From Malacoraja senta (lineage: Eukaryota): a DNA stretch of 64,000 nt. The first letter of the stretch is position 1. Each line of letters opens with the position of its first letter. The notes beneath the pieces are model-generated. The model had not been told where the DNA came from and searched no databases. It worked only from the letters and a program-made list of their open reading frames with translations. Positions 34,451-46,669 of the stretch are shown in pieces. The stretch is from the NCBI GenBank assembly GCA_038087875.1, contig CM075991.1, positions 7,318,001-7,382,000 of the forward strand, given 5' to 3'. The translations under genes were made by a program, and so were the position numbers.

Positions 34451-35877
34451 GAACACGAGAAACACCCACTCAAAGTGTAGTTACTTGATCCTGTTGTCTT
34501 TGAGAACATTTTCATCTGACAAATAGTCACTCTTTAAAAGGGAAGTTCCTCATTTAGCCAAACCTTTATGTGGAGAACAGATCCCGTAGCTAACATTTGT
34601 GTGATCACTATATCATTAGAAGACTAAAGGAGTGGATGCTTGTGAGCAGCAGTTAGAGTCATGGTCATACAGCATGGAAACAGGCCCTTCAGCCCAACTT
34701 GTCCATGCTGACCAACATGCCCCATCTACTCCAGCCCTACCTACCCAGGTTTGGCCCATATCCATCCAAGCCCATGCACGTCTCCAAAACCTTCTTAAAC
34801 ATTGCAATGGTACCTACTTGCACTATCACCTCTGGTAGCTTGTTCCAGGCACTCACCAGCCTTTATGCAAAAAAAAGTTACCCCCCAGGTTCCTATTCAA
34901 TCTTTCCCTTACCATATACCTTATGTCCTCTGATCCTTGATAATTCAGTTATTCTGCTTTAGGTTATTCCACAACCAGCTACGAAAGGTACTGATAGAAG
35001 ATCATTAAACAGGTACGTTTCTATCTTCACAGGCAAATGCCCAGTTATTTTACTTTAGTATCACAGTGCTAGCAGAGGCTAAAGCATCCAGGGTATTTGA
35101 CATGTTAAATTATATATTTTGTTCTCTGCTGAACACTGGCAAATGTTTGTGTCATTTCTGGATCTGGTCATGCTGTTGACAAAGAGAGAGTTGATCTTCC
35201 TTTCCTAATGCTTCATTTCCCTCCCAATCTATTTGGGAACTGTTTGAGGGGCCAATAAATGAATTACCATTTCTGTTGATGTGCCAACTTGCATTGTCCG
35301 CGGGATTTAATTTCTTCTAGTTAGTGCTCCAAAATCCACACGAAATGCGTCGCATTAGCACAACCATTAGCCTTCGCAAGTAAACGGGTTAACGGCATGG
35401 TTTAAAAGAAAAAGAAAAAACGTTGTTAAAATAAATGAATCAACAGCTCATTAAAATAAACGAATTAAAACAGCGCAGAAAATAATTCTTTCATAGATGC
35501 ATTACCTGGTGTGCAAGAGAAAATTAAAGCTCAAAATGTCATTTAAACCGCATTAAAATTGATTAATAACTGGTATTAAATAGTGCAGTTATCCGTCAGC
35601 AAACGCCACACGTGAACGAGAAAACACTGTGCAATGTGCTCAAGGCAGAGTGCCTGGAGACCTAATCTATAGCTCCCTTTTACCCACTCATGGCCAGTAA
35701 ACTCTAATGTCTGCAGGACTGCTGAGAGCACACACCAGATTGTTGGTTAAAGTGTGACACATATTGTGTGATTTATTGTTGTTTTCTGCTTTCTGCTGGA
35801 GGGTATCCCAGAAGACAGCGATAGATGCCAATCTCCTGCCACTCGGTTGTGTTTTGAGAATTAGAGACGTGAGGGAT

Positions 35878-36120
35878 GGGGCGGCACGGTGGCTCAGCGG
35901 TAGAGTTGCTGTCTCACAGCGCCTGAGACCTGGGTTCGATCCTGACTACGGGTACTGACTGTACTGAGTTTGTACGTTCTCCCCGTGACCACGTGGGTTT
36001 TCTCCGGGTGCTCCAGTTTCCGCACTCACTCCAAAGACGTGCAGGTTTGAAGGCTAAATGGCTTGGTAAAAATGTAAATTGTACCTAGTGTGTGTAGGAT
36101 AGTGTTAATGTGCGGTGATC
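35878..36120 (+). mobile_element. HE1-like V-SINE (3' truncated)
   Basis: GGGCGGCACGGTGGCTCAGCGGTAGAG..GGTTCGATCC head and V-domain. Confidence 0.85.
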
Positions 36121-36549
36121 AAACAACACAGAAAAGGAATCAAACAGCACAGATGTGTGTGAGGTTGATTATTTGACTGCTTTACGGGGGGTCCCAGCCT
36201 GGTACGTTGTCTATCCATCTCCCTCCACAGATGCTGCCTGACCTGCTGAGTACCTCCAGCACTTTGTGCTTTGCTCAAGATTTCAGCATCTGTAGTTCCT
36301 TCTGCCTGCTTTAAACAGTTTTTGCCAATGGGTTTGGTTCACACAAATCTATTCCCATATCATCTCTATATCTGGTTACCTTCCTTCATGAATCTTTGTC
36401 TAGCTTCCTTGTACATACGCCCATGGTGTCTACCTCTTTGCATTCTGCCATTCAGGGCATTCATGTACGGAAATGAGGGCACTGGGACATAGGCACCACC
36501 TTCCTGAGCCACAACAGTTGTTGAGAATATTAAGGGCATGGCATGCTTG

Positions 36550-36842
36550 GTTTGGTTTCGTTTCGTTTAGATATACAGCACGGAAACAGGCCCTTCAGCC
36601 CACTGAGTCTGCGGTGACCCTGCCCATACACTAGGTCTATCTTACACACTGGGGCAATTTACAGAAGCCATTTAACCTACAAATCTGCACATCGTTGGAA
36701 TTTGGGAGGAAACTGGAGCACCCAGAGAAAACCCACACAGTCACAGGGAGAACTCCGTAGAGACAACATCTATAGCCAGGATTGAACCCGGATCTCAGGT
36801 GCTATAAGGCAGCAACTCTTCCACTGCGCCATTGTGTCATCC
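36550..36842 (-). mobile_element. HE1-like V-SINE
   Basis: Family consensus on minus strand. Confidence 0.8.
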
Positions 36843-37283
36843 TTTTTTATTTAAAAAAAATTATGGTAAACCAATCCACTCAATCTTTTACTGTCACTGG
36901 AATAAAATAATTCTGCTATCGAAAAATTAATAATGTGCATAATATGGCTTAAAATACCTCCTCCAAAAATGTTGGCATTGAATTTCCTGTACGTGCCTGC
37001 ACAAAAAATATTCTCTGGGTAAAGAATGTTTTGATGAGTTCCCTATTGGATTTATTACTGACAATCCTATATTTGTATTCACTGTCATTAGACTCCCTCA
37101 CAGGTGGAAACATCTTTTATGCCATTAAATCCTGGCAAAACCCTGAAGATTTCTGTCAAATCCCTTCTTCAACCTTCTGTTTCCTGCTCTTTCTGCTCCA
37201 GTGCTTTGCAGTGAGCAGAATTAGGAGATGTTTGGACAAATAGGTACATTTTTAAGTAGGTTACAATTTCAGAGACGTTTTTA

Positions 37284-37580
37284 GGCGGCACAGTGGCATA
37301 GCGCCAGAGACCCGGGTTAGATCCTGACTACGGGTGCGGTCTGTATGGAGTTTGTTCATTCCCCCCGTGACCTGCGTGTGTTTTCTCCGAGATCTTCGGT
37401 TTCCTCCCACACTCAAAATACAAATAGATATGTAGGTTAATTGGCTTGGTGTAAATGTAAAAATTCTCCCTAGTGTGTGTAGGATAGTGTTAATGTGCGG
37501 AGATCGCTGGTTGGTGTGGTTTCAGTGGGCCAAAGGGCCTGTTTCCGCCCTGTATCTCTAAACTAAACTAAACTAAACTA
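37284..37580 (+). mobile_element. HE1-like V-SINE, apparently inserted in an old minus-strand L2 remnant (approx. 37230-38035)
   Basis: Family consensus with (CTAAA)n tail; purine-rich flank resembles the reverse complement of an L2 3' region. Confidence 0.8.
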
Positions 37581-38515
37581 GCACTCTCAACAGGAAAGTG
37601 TGGTGGAGAAGCAGAATTTTAAGGAGAGAATTTCAAAGTTTAGGGTTTTGACAGCAGACAATGTGGCCATAGATAGCGAAGTGATTAAAGTTGAGATGAT
37701 CAGGCAGCTGGAATTGGAGCAACACAGATGAGTTGGAAGGTTATAAGGCTGTTGAAGACTGGAAAGTTACGAAGGAGTTTGGAAAGCAAAAGACGAGAAC
37801 TTGAAAATTGAGGTTTTACTTGAATGGTCGGTCTGGAAGAAGAGGAGCAATGGATGATTGGAACTTGCTGTAGTTTTGGTGATGGACGACATTGTTTCTA
37901 GTTGGTGCCAGTTTGCAAGGCTAGACTAATGGAGTGAGGTGGGGGGGGGGGGAGGAGGAAGGATTGAATTAACAGCATTAAAGCTAGACGTTACAGAAGT
38001 AGGGAAGATGTTTTTAGGAGCAGGTGAACTGAGGTAGTATTAACTTTAAGAAAAGCATTAACCTTTACAGGGGTGGCACAATGGCACAGTGGTAGAATTG
38101 CTGCCTTATAGTGCCAGGCACTCGGGTTCGATCCCAGCCACGGGTGCAGTCTGTATGGAGGTTAATTGGCTTTTGTAAATCATCCCTAGTGTGTGTGATA
38201 GAATGGGTGATCATTGGTCAGTACAGACTCGATGGGCCAAAAGGCCTGTTCCCACACCGTATCTTTAAACTAAGCTACAGTTTAAGAGAAATGGAATCAG
38301 GGTGTAGACAGAAATCAAATAATTAACAATGTAATGTGCTATTCCACTCAATAAGTCCTTCTTCTTCTCAAAACATCATGAAGTTAATGTTTTTCTGCAA
38401 CAAGTTATAGGCAGCTGTATTGGAGGAATTAGAAGCTGGTTGAGCTGCTGCCTCATAGCACCAGAGACCCGGGTTCGATCATGACCTCTGTGTGGAGTTT
38501 GCACATTTTCCCTGT

Positions 38516-38547
38516 GTCTGAAGAAGGGTTTCGGCCCGAAACGTTGC
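38516..38547 (+). ncRNA. Minimal hammerhead motif, UUCG-loop subfamily, at the start of a 94-bp PLE insertion (38517-38610) inside a V-SINE
   Basis: GU CUGAAGA A GGGU UUCG GCCC GAAAC GUU GC; insertion flanked by TTCCCTGTG (38508-38516 / 38611-38619). Confidence 0.7.
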
Positions 38548-39217
38548 CTATTTCCTTCGCTCCATAGATGCTGCCTCACCCGCTGAGTTTCTCCAGCACT
38601 TTTGTCTACCTTCCCTGTGACCCTGTTCTGTGTCTAGGATGTGAAAGTCGGCTGATATAGAACTCGTGTGAATTGGAGATTGATGGTCTGCATGGACTCA
38701 TTGGGCCGAAGGGACGGTTTCCATGTTGTGTCTTTCAATCAAGTTACCTCAATATACCAATAAACAATGTCGTTTGAAGTAGGCTCAACAACATTGTACA
38801 AAATTGATACCAGAACCGAGTTTATAACTGTTAGAAAAGATTTAACAGGATACAGCTCTTTTCCAGAAGGCTAACATTTGTAAAGGTCATATCAAAAAGA
38901 AAGCCAATCACAAGGGCTCACTTCTAGAGGAATAGAAATTAAAATTAGGAAGCCTATATCGACTCTTGGTTTGGTTACATCATGTTTAGTGTACAGTATA
39001 AAGAAAGGAATGCAAATCTGGTTGCTACATTATAAATGAACATAAACCTACAGGAGAGTGAGACAAGAATGAGACTGGAAGAGCCAGACTGGGTCTCTGT
39101 TCTCTGGAGAAAAACGGGCAGAGGGATGGTCCAACGCAGACCATGACTGAGTTGAAATGTTTTGATATTGTGGAAACAGAAAGAGTGATTTGATTTGAGG
39201 AGCAGAGTTTAACAAGA

Positions 39218-39449
39218 AGATGGACACGAAAAGCTGGAGTAACTCAGCGGGTCAGGTAGCATTTCTGGAGGAAAGGAATGAGTGACATTTTGGGTCAAGA
39301 CCCTTCTTCAGAAGAAGAGTCTGAAGAAAGGTCTCGACCCGAAATGTCACAAATTCCTTTTCTCAAGATATACTGCCTGACCCGCTGAGTTACTCCAGCT
39401 TTTCGTGTCTATCTTCGGTGTAAACCAGCATCTGCAGTTCCTTCCTGCA
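39218..39449. mobile_element. Palindromic mini-PLE insertion with head-to-head hammerhead motifs
   Basis: About 95-bp inverted arms centred near 39315; flanked by CAGAGTTTAACAAGA / CAGAGTATAACAAGA (39203-39217 / 39450-39464) inside an old CR1 fragment. Confidence 0.8.
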
Positions 39450-40061
39450 CAGAGTATAACAAGAGTCCATCAGTAAAGTATCGAAAAGGCACGAAGAAAC
39501 CAATTTAGCAGCTCAGGAGAAACTCCTGTACTTTTAGAGTGCTATGAACATAGAACTTAATCCCACAGGGAATTTGAATTGAAAGTGTAGATGTACTTCC
39601 ACGGAGGTTGCTCAGGCAAATGGGAGAAGGCTATGATGATAGATTTAGAATAGCAAGGATGGGAATAACTTTGAATTAGAGTATGTTCGCCAGCAAAGGT
39701 AAATGACCTGTTTATGTCACATGTAGGGCAGTTCGGTGGTGCAGCTGGTAGTACTGCTGCCTCACAGCTTTGGTTAACCTGGATTGAATGCTGACGTCCA
39801 GGGCTACAGACATGGAGTTTGCACATTCTCCCTGAGACCTGTGCCTTGGATTTCTCCCACGTCCCAAAGATATATAATTGTCGACTGTAAATTGATGCTA
39901 GTGTGATACTGGATAATGGGGAGTTGCCTGTGTTGAAAGAAGAGGTCACAGGGAAATGTGAAGGAATGGGACTGAAGGGATTGATCTGAGAGCCAGCGTA
40001 AACGCGATGGGCCAAATGGCCTTCAAGCAATTCACACCCATCTTGTGAGGAAATAAGACAA

Positions 40062-40365
40062 GGGGCAGTGCGGTGGCGCAGCGGTAGAGTTGCTGCCTCA
40101 CAGCTCCAGAGTCCCGTTTTCGATCCTGAGTATGGGTGCTGTCTGTACGGAGTTTGTACGTTCTCTTCGTGACCTGTGTGGGTTTTTCCCATGTGTTGCG
40201 GTTTCCTCCCAACACTATAAAGATGTACGAATTTCTAGGATAATTGGCTTGGTAAAATTATAAATTGTTCCAAGTGTGTAGGATAGTGTTAGTGTGTGGG
40301 GATCGTTGGTTGGCGTGGACCCAATGGGCCGAAGGGCCTGGTTCCACGCTCTATCTCTAAAACTA
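40062..40365 (+). mobile_element. HE1-like V-SINE, full length
   Basis: Family consensus features. Confidence 0.85.
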
Positions 40366-40710
40366 TAATAATCCTTTATACTACGATAGTATAATAATAG
40401 TATTATAATAAAACTAAAATAATAACTTTGTAATCCTTAAAGTAATGACCGAAAATGATCTGTTTCAAAAGCTAGACGAAAAGATGTTTCCTTTCTGATG
40501 CTGGAAATCTGAAATCAAAGTAGAAAGTTTGGCAGATACTCAGCATGGCTGTCAATGTATCAAGTTGATGACCTTTCATTAGAAAGCCTTCTACTTCCGT
40601 GGGAGATCAAAGCTAGATGTTATGCATAAGGTAAGCACTAAATAATTCTGTCCAGGAATTCTGTCTAAAACTCAGGAGAAAATTGCTTACCAAAGACATT
40701 AGTCGACAAT

Positions 40711-40984
40711 AGGGCAGGACAGTGGTGCAGCGGTAGAGCTGCTGCCTTACAGTGCCAGACACCTGGATTAGATCCTGACTACGGGTGCTGTCTGTACAGA
40801 GTTTGTACGTTCCCCTTGCGACCGTGTGGGTTTTCTTCGGTTTCCTCCCACATTCCAATGACATGCAGGTTTGCAGGTTAATTGGGTTTTTGTAAATTGT
40901 TCCCGAGCGTGTACGATAGAACCAGTGTACGGGTGATTGCCAGTGGGCCGAAGGGCCTGTTTTAATGCTGTCTCTTAACTAAAC
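40711..40984 (+). mobile_element. HE1-like V-SINE
   Basis: Family consensus features. Confidence 0.85.
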
Positions 40985-41919
40985 GTGGCTGTTTAAGAGT
41001 AAACTGAATAACTGCTTGAGTGAGAAAGGAGCAGAAAGTTACAATTAACATAGTTTAAATGGATCAGACCCACTGCCACAAACCAGTTGGGTTTAATGGC
41101 CTCTTTTCATCCTGTGAACTCAATGTCACTCTCTGGAAGCCAAACTTTAAGAACTTGCGCATTCCCTTTGATCGGAAGTACTATTCTGTGAAGGTGACAT
41201 CGCAACGCAAGTACAACTACTGCAACTTACATTCACAGCCAAGTGCAACTTTGAACTACTCCATCCACTGAAAACACTGACTGCTTTTGACAAAGCAGCC
41301 GGTAATTGATTTTCAGGACCAACAGTGAGCCAGCATCATTTCCAATTAACAGTGCTGTCTAAAGCAGAGAACAAAGACTGAATAAAGGTGAACGCTGATG
41401 GTTACATGGAAGATTGTGTTAGCCCGTAGGAACTACTCGGCAATACTGGCAGTAAATTAAAGAAGGCTTTGTCAGATAGTGAAGAATAGATCCTATTTCC
41501 CTGTTAACTGTAATTTGTTCAGAATGATCAGTCCCTTGGGAAATGCGAGAACACATTTTCCTGATACTTTATATCATCGCTGAATCTCGAGAGGATAAAA
41601 CACTGCAACTAGATGAAAGCAAAGTCTTCAATAAAAAAAAAAAATCAGTTTCTGGGTATCAATCATCTTGGATGACCAGAGAACTTGACACTTATTTATT
41701 GATGATATGAAAATGCATCAAAGTCAGTGTATTGTATTTTTATGGAGTGCATTCCATAGCAGAAATGACTGGGTTGACTCAGGACACATCATAAAACCGG
41801 GATAGAGAAGCTCAAGGGTTTTTATTAACATCACTGCAACTTCGAGATTGAGCCGTGTAACTGCCTTGGTACATATTCCACACCGTGTGTAAAGAAAAGC
41901 AGACTTATATTGATATAGA

Positions 41920-42230
41920 TCTCCCAGAAGCATCTTAGGGCTTCACATGCAGTGAATTACTTTGACGTGCTGTCATGTGGCAGTTTCTTTCTGCACGGCA
42001 ACCCAGATGAATGGCCACAATTACAGCAGATGCTGATGACTGAAGGAAGAACGATTCCTTGGCCAGCAAGAAAACTTCCTGCTCTTCTCAAATTTAGTAC
42101 CGCAGGATCTTTGAACATCCACCAGACTGACATCTCATCTGCAACACTACCCCTTCAGTAATGCTACACAACCTAAGAGCTGCTCTAGAGAGTCATCCTG
42201 GATTATGAGCTCCTATTATGGGCCTTGAAC
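41920..42230 (-). mobile_element. Deu-SINE (SacSINE1-like) remnant
   Basis: CCTGCTCTTC..TAGTACC..GGATCTTT.ACATCCACC..CATCTCATC..TCAGTA resembles the reverse complement of the Deu domain. Confidence 0.55.
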
Positions 42231-42343
42231 AAAAAAACCCACTTATTCCGATTAAAGTATTCACTTGTATGAAGTTACTACAATATACTTGATAGTAGAC
42301 ACCGAACTTCAGATTAGGTAGAGTAACGGAGAGACCAAGGTAA

Positions 42344-42541
42344 TGGGCCTGTCCCACTTAGGCGATTTTTTGGGGCGACTACAGGCAACTGCCGCAAAAT
42401 TTTCAACATGTTTGCGACATTTTTTGCTGTCGTAGGTTGACGTAGGTGCTGTCGTAGGTTGTCGCCAGGTGTCGTAGGTGAATTCCATTAAAACTAGTCC
42501 CTGGCAGTGACCTTAAGAGTCACCTAAGTGGGACAGGCCCT
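42344..42541. mobile_element. PIF/Harbinger-type MITE (#5, 198 bp)
   Basis: GGGCCTGTCCCACTTAGG.GA TIRs; TAA at 42341-42343 and 42542-42544. Confidence 0.9.
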
Positions 42542-42907
42542 TAACGGATCAAAGATGTGATAATGCTCGAGGGCTTTAGAAAGTGAAGTTCTGCACACAG
42601 GGTTGTTGGGAAGAACTTGCCAGAGAGTTTTTGAAAGTGAAGGCCTGCACACAGGGTGGATGGTGGAGAATTACTGAGGACAGGTCCACAGTGGCTAAAG
42701 CAGAATCCTGCACTGTTAAAAACATTGCAGTGAGATTCTATAGGATCAACAGGTCAGTACTCACTAATTTGCAATGGTATTAATATCTGAACAAAACTCC
42801 TCCAAATTGAATCACTATTTACAAAATACATGCACAAGGAATTGACTGAAACACGATGGGGTGAATAATTCTGCATTGTATATTCTATGCAGTTCTATAA
42901 TTCAATT

Positions 42908-43215
42908 GTGTCGGAAGGAACTGCAGATGCTGGTTTCCACCGAAGATAGACACAAAATGCAGGAGTAACTGAGAGCACCTGTCCACTGTCAGAGTGAGGC
43001 CCAATGCAAATTGGAGGAACAGCCCCTCATATTTTGCTTGGGCAGCTTACAACCCAGCGATATAAATATTAATTTTTCTAACTTCAAGTAACCCTTGCTT
43101 TCCCTCTCTCTCCCTCCCTCCCCACCCCACCCTAGTTCTCCAACTAGTTTCACTATCCTTCTGATTAATTTTACTGATTGTATGCCTCCTTGTCACCTTC
43201 CCCTCAGCTAACAAA
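42908..43215. mobile_element. PLE fragment: inverted terminal repeat joined to ORF C-terminus/3' UTR
   Basis: Plus peptide HCQSEAQCKLEEQPLIFCLGSLQPSDININFSNFK* preceded by the inverted repeat end. Confidence 0.75.
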
Positions 43216-43229
43216 CAAGCTGTGTTCAG

Positions 43230-43566
43230 TCAGAGGAGATAAGATTAACTTGGCATCATGTCCGGCATGGACATTTTGGGCCGAAGGGCCTGTTCCTGTA
43301 TTGTACTGTACTATGTTCTGTCAGTAGAGATTATATTAAATTGACACCATATCCAACATGTGCATTGTGGGCCGAAGGGCCTGTTCCTGTATTGTACTGT
43401 ACTATGTTCTGTCAGTGGAGATTATATTAAATTGACACCATGTCCAACATGTGCATTGTGGGCTGAATGGTCTGTTCCCGTGCTATCAGAGGAGATTACA
43501 TTAACTTTAGCACTGACTTTGTGGGACGAAGGGCCTGTTCCTCTGCTGTACAGTTTGATGTTCTAT
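43230..43566 (+). repeat. Tandem array (about 4 units, 91-bp period) of a CR1/HER1 3' tail
   Basis: CCGAAGGGCC-type motif at 43281, 43372, 43463 and 43526. Confidence 0.8.
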
Positions 43567-44139
43567 CCCAGAGATGTGCTGGTCAGTAATTACCTTCCGT
43601 AAACTACCCCAAGTGTAGAAGGCAGAATCAGGGGCGGATCAATGGGTGCGTGAAAGGAAAACAGGTTATAAGATGAAAAGAGGGGGAGTAGCATTGCCTC
43701 AAGAAACAGCATAGACTCAATGTGCTGAATGGCCTCCCTCTATGTTTGTAAGGAGATAGAAAATAAATTTCATGAGCTGGTGTTCCTTGGCTACTTGGCA
43801 GACGTGAATGCAATGTTAACTGGAGATGGAAGCTGTGGTACAACAGATTGACTTACAATGATGTGGATACATGCCACTGAGAATCATGGCTGGCCAAATC
43901 GTTATTTGTCCAACATGCCAGAAGATATCCTCAAATAAATTTTGATTGGGATGAAATCTGCTATTGTGTCAAATGACTAACACTTCCCTGTTTAGGGATT
44001 CAAAAGAAAACCATTCAATTTACTTGGATGAGTTATTAAGTATTGAGACGTAACATGTATTTAATTTAAGCCAATATTATTATTTCACAGTTGGAGCCAG
44101 CTTGTTCTCCCAAGCTAATTTGTTAGAATTTAAATAACA

Positions 44140-44310
44140 CGGGCGGCACAGAGGCCCTGGGGTAGAGTTGCTGCCTGACAGCACTTACAGCGCCAGAGAT
44201 CCGGGTTAGATCCCAACTACGGGTGCTGACTGTGCGGAGTTGGTACATTCTCCCCGTGACCACGTGGGTTTTCTCCGAGATCTTTGGTTTCCTCCCACAC
44301 TCTAAAGATC
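44140..44310 (+). mobile_element. HE1-like V-SINE (3' truncated)
   Basis: Head and V-domain. Confidence 0.75.
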
Positions 44311-44414
44311 TGTGCTAATAATTTGTGTTGTTCTATGTTTGATGTTCTATGTTCTGTTGAAGAAGCCTCAACAGGTATTGCAGTGTATCATGAAGTTAGT
44401 ACATACTGGTAACT

Positions 44415-44806
44415 TGAAACATATAAGATTGTTAAGGGCTTGGACACACTAGAGGCAGGAAACATGTTCCCGATGTTGGGGGAGTCCAGAACCAGGGGCC
44501 ACAGTTTAAGAATAAGGAGTAAGCCATTGAGAACGAAGACGAGGAAACACTTTTTCTCACAGAGAGTGGTGAGTGTGGAATTCTCTGCCTCAGAGGGCAG
44601 TGGAGGCAGGTTCTCTGGATGCTTTCAAGAGAGAGCTAGATAGGGCTCTTAAAAATAGCGGAGTCAGGGGATATGGGGAGAAGGCAGGAACGGGGTACTG
44701 ATTGGGGATGATCAGCCAAGATCACATTGAATGGTGGTGCTGGCTCGAAGGGCCGAATGGCCTACTCCTGCACCTATTGCCTATTGTCTACTGTCTATTG
44801 TCTATT
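44415..44806 (+). mobile_element. CR1 3' fragment
   Basis: Same subfamily as 31922-32390, (CTATTGT)n tail. Confidence 0.9.
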
Positions 44807-44892
44807 GGTACCACAGTGCGCTGCTGATGGAGAGCATATTTATGTTGATGAATATGTTGTTTATCATGAATGTTGCTTTGCTCTTTCTTACA

Positions 44893-45255
44893 TTGGTTCC
44901 ATGACGGCATGCAAACCATGATACCAACCAATAAGTCAAAACCAGAACCCCTTTGAGTGAAAACCAATGTCAGAAAGCCCATGTCATCTTTTCTCCAATC
45001 TTCTCACTCTTTCTTCCTGTCATGCTGTACTTAGTTTCCAACAGACTTTCTGTGAGACTGGAGGCAATCTTCAGAACTAATGGAAGATTGTTCGTATTAT
45101 GATGAACACACAAAAAGACCAAGGTCACCAAAACCTCAGTTGTCAAGTGGAAGTTTGTGGACAACAGATGCATTTGAGCATGGTTGAAAGTTGAGGTCCA
45201 AGCCATTTGGACATCCACCAAAGCATGTGAGAGGACACTGATCTTCAACCTGCCC
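44893..45255 (+). mobile_element. Ancient RTE RT fragment
   Basis: FHDGMQ..EP..VKT.V....FSLFL..AIFRTNGRLF..KTKVT resembles RTE HDGM..EPF.V.TGV..RTDGKLFN..KTKV. Confidence 0.55.
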
Positions 45256-45569
45256 CATCATAACACACTTCAAGGTTTCAATGTCAGTTTATTGTCACAT
45301 GTACCAATTACGGTACAGTGAAATTTGAATCACCATACAGCCATACTAAAAAAAAAAATGTAATCCACATTTTCAAAATACTGTACATGTGATTGCAAGA
45401 AAATAATAAATGTGAATAAAATATTATTCCTCGGGTCCATCTACATCACATTATAAAGTCACACAGTCATACAATGGTTTTTACAATGTTTTTTTTCTGA
45501 ATTTTATCTCACACTGCTCAATCCGAAAAGATTCACAATCAATCTGCATGATGTGTATATAATACCCTT

Positions 45570-46630
45570 CATTGCCAGAGTGAGGCCACAACCTGATGGA
45601 TAAGCATCTCATATTCCACTTGGGTAGCTTACAACACAACGGTATAAACATTGAATTCCCCAATATTAAGTAACATAACCCCCCCCTCCTCACCTTCACC
45701 ACCTCCCCTTTTCCACCCCCGCCCCACCCTGTGCCCCCATCAGGACTCGCACCTATTTGTCCCCCCCTCCCTCTTTGCTTCCACCTACATTAATTCGTCT
45801 AGCTTCACAGTTCACGACTCTTCAATCTCTTCTGTCTCACACTTTCTTTCTTTTCATCTCTGGAATTTGTTCAGCCATCTGCCTATCACAGTGGCACAGC
45901 GGTAGAGTTGCTGCCTTACAATGCCAGTGACCTGCGTTAGATCCTGACTACAGGTACTGTCTGTAAAGAGTTTGTATATCCTCCCCGTGACCTGTGTGGG
46001 TTTTCCTCCTACAGTCCAAAAACATACAGGATTGTAGGTTAATTGGCTTGGTAAAATTGTTCCTAGTGTGGGTAGGATTTAGTTATGCTGCTTCCTTCGC
46101 ATGGAACCAGCTGCAGAATGAACTGAAACTTAAGGAGCTGGTTTCTATAAACAGATTTAAATCCCTTCTTAATGATGTTGAAGCGGGCTCTTCTGTCTGT
46201 ACATGCTTTGTTTGATGATATTCTGACTGTGACTCTATTTATATGTTCTCTGTTGTTTTTAAATTATTGTCTGTAACTGTGGAACTGTGCTGCTGCCTGT
46301 CTTGGCCAGGACTCTCTTGTAAAAGAGATTTTTAATCTTAATGAGACTTCTGCTGGTTAAACAAAGGTTAAAAAAATAAAGAAAAAAAAAGAAGAAAAAA
46401 AAAGGATAGTGTTAGTGTGCAGGGATGGCTGATCAACGCGGACTCCGTGGGCCGAAGGGCCTGTTTCCGCGCTGTGTCTCGAAACTAAACTAAACCCCTC
46501 CTCACCTGTATCCACCTATTACCTGCCAGGCTTTTTCTGGCCCATCTTCTCTTTCAGCATTCTTTCCCCTCACCTACAATCAGTCTAAAGAATGGCCCTG
46601 ACTCGAAACATTACCTATCCACGTTCTCCA
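45570..46630 (+). mobile_element. PLE 3' fragment interrupted by a V-SINE (45889-46494) that is itself interrupted by an L2 fragment
   Basis: CQSE..HLIFHLGSLQHNGINIEF ORF end, UTR, degenerate hammerhead motif at about 46582-46615. Confidence 0.65.
46079..46402 (+). mobile_element. L2 3' end of the teleost RSg-1-like type with A-rich tail
   Basis: FSYAASFAWNQLQNELKL..FKSLL..CTCFV* then CTTGGCCAGG..TGTAAAAGAGATTTT..CTGGTTAAACAAAGGTTAAAAAA; AGGAT duplicated (46074-46078 / 46403-46407). Confidence 0.7.
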
Positions 46631-46669
46631 GTAACAAATATATTATTGCGCCAACATCAGAAAACATCA

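Noticed and set aside
39557..40192. 211-aa minus-strand ORF
   Set aside because: Runs through two antisense SINE copies; chance open frame.
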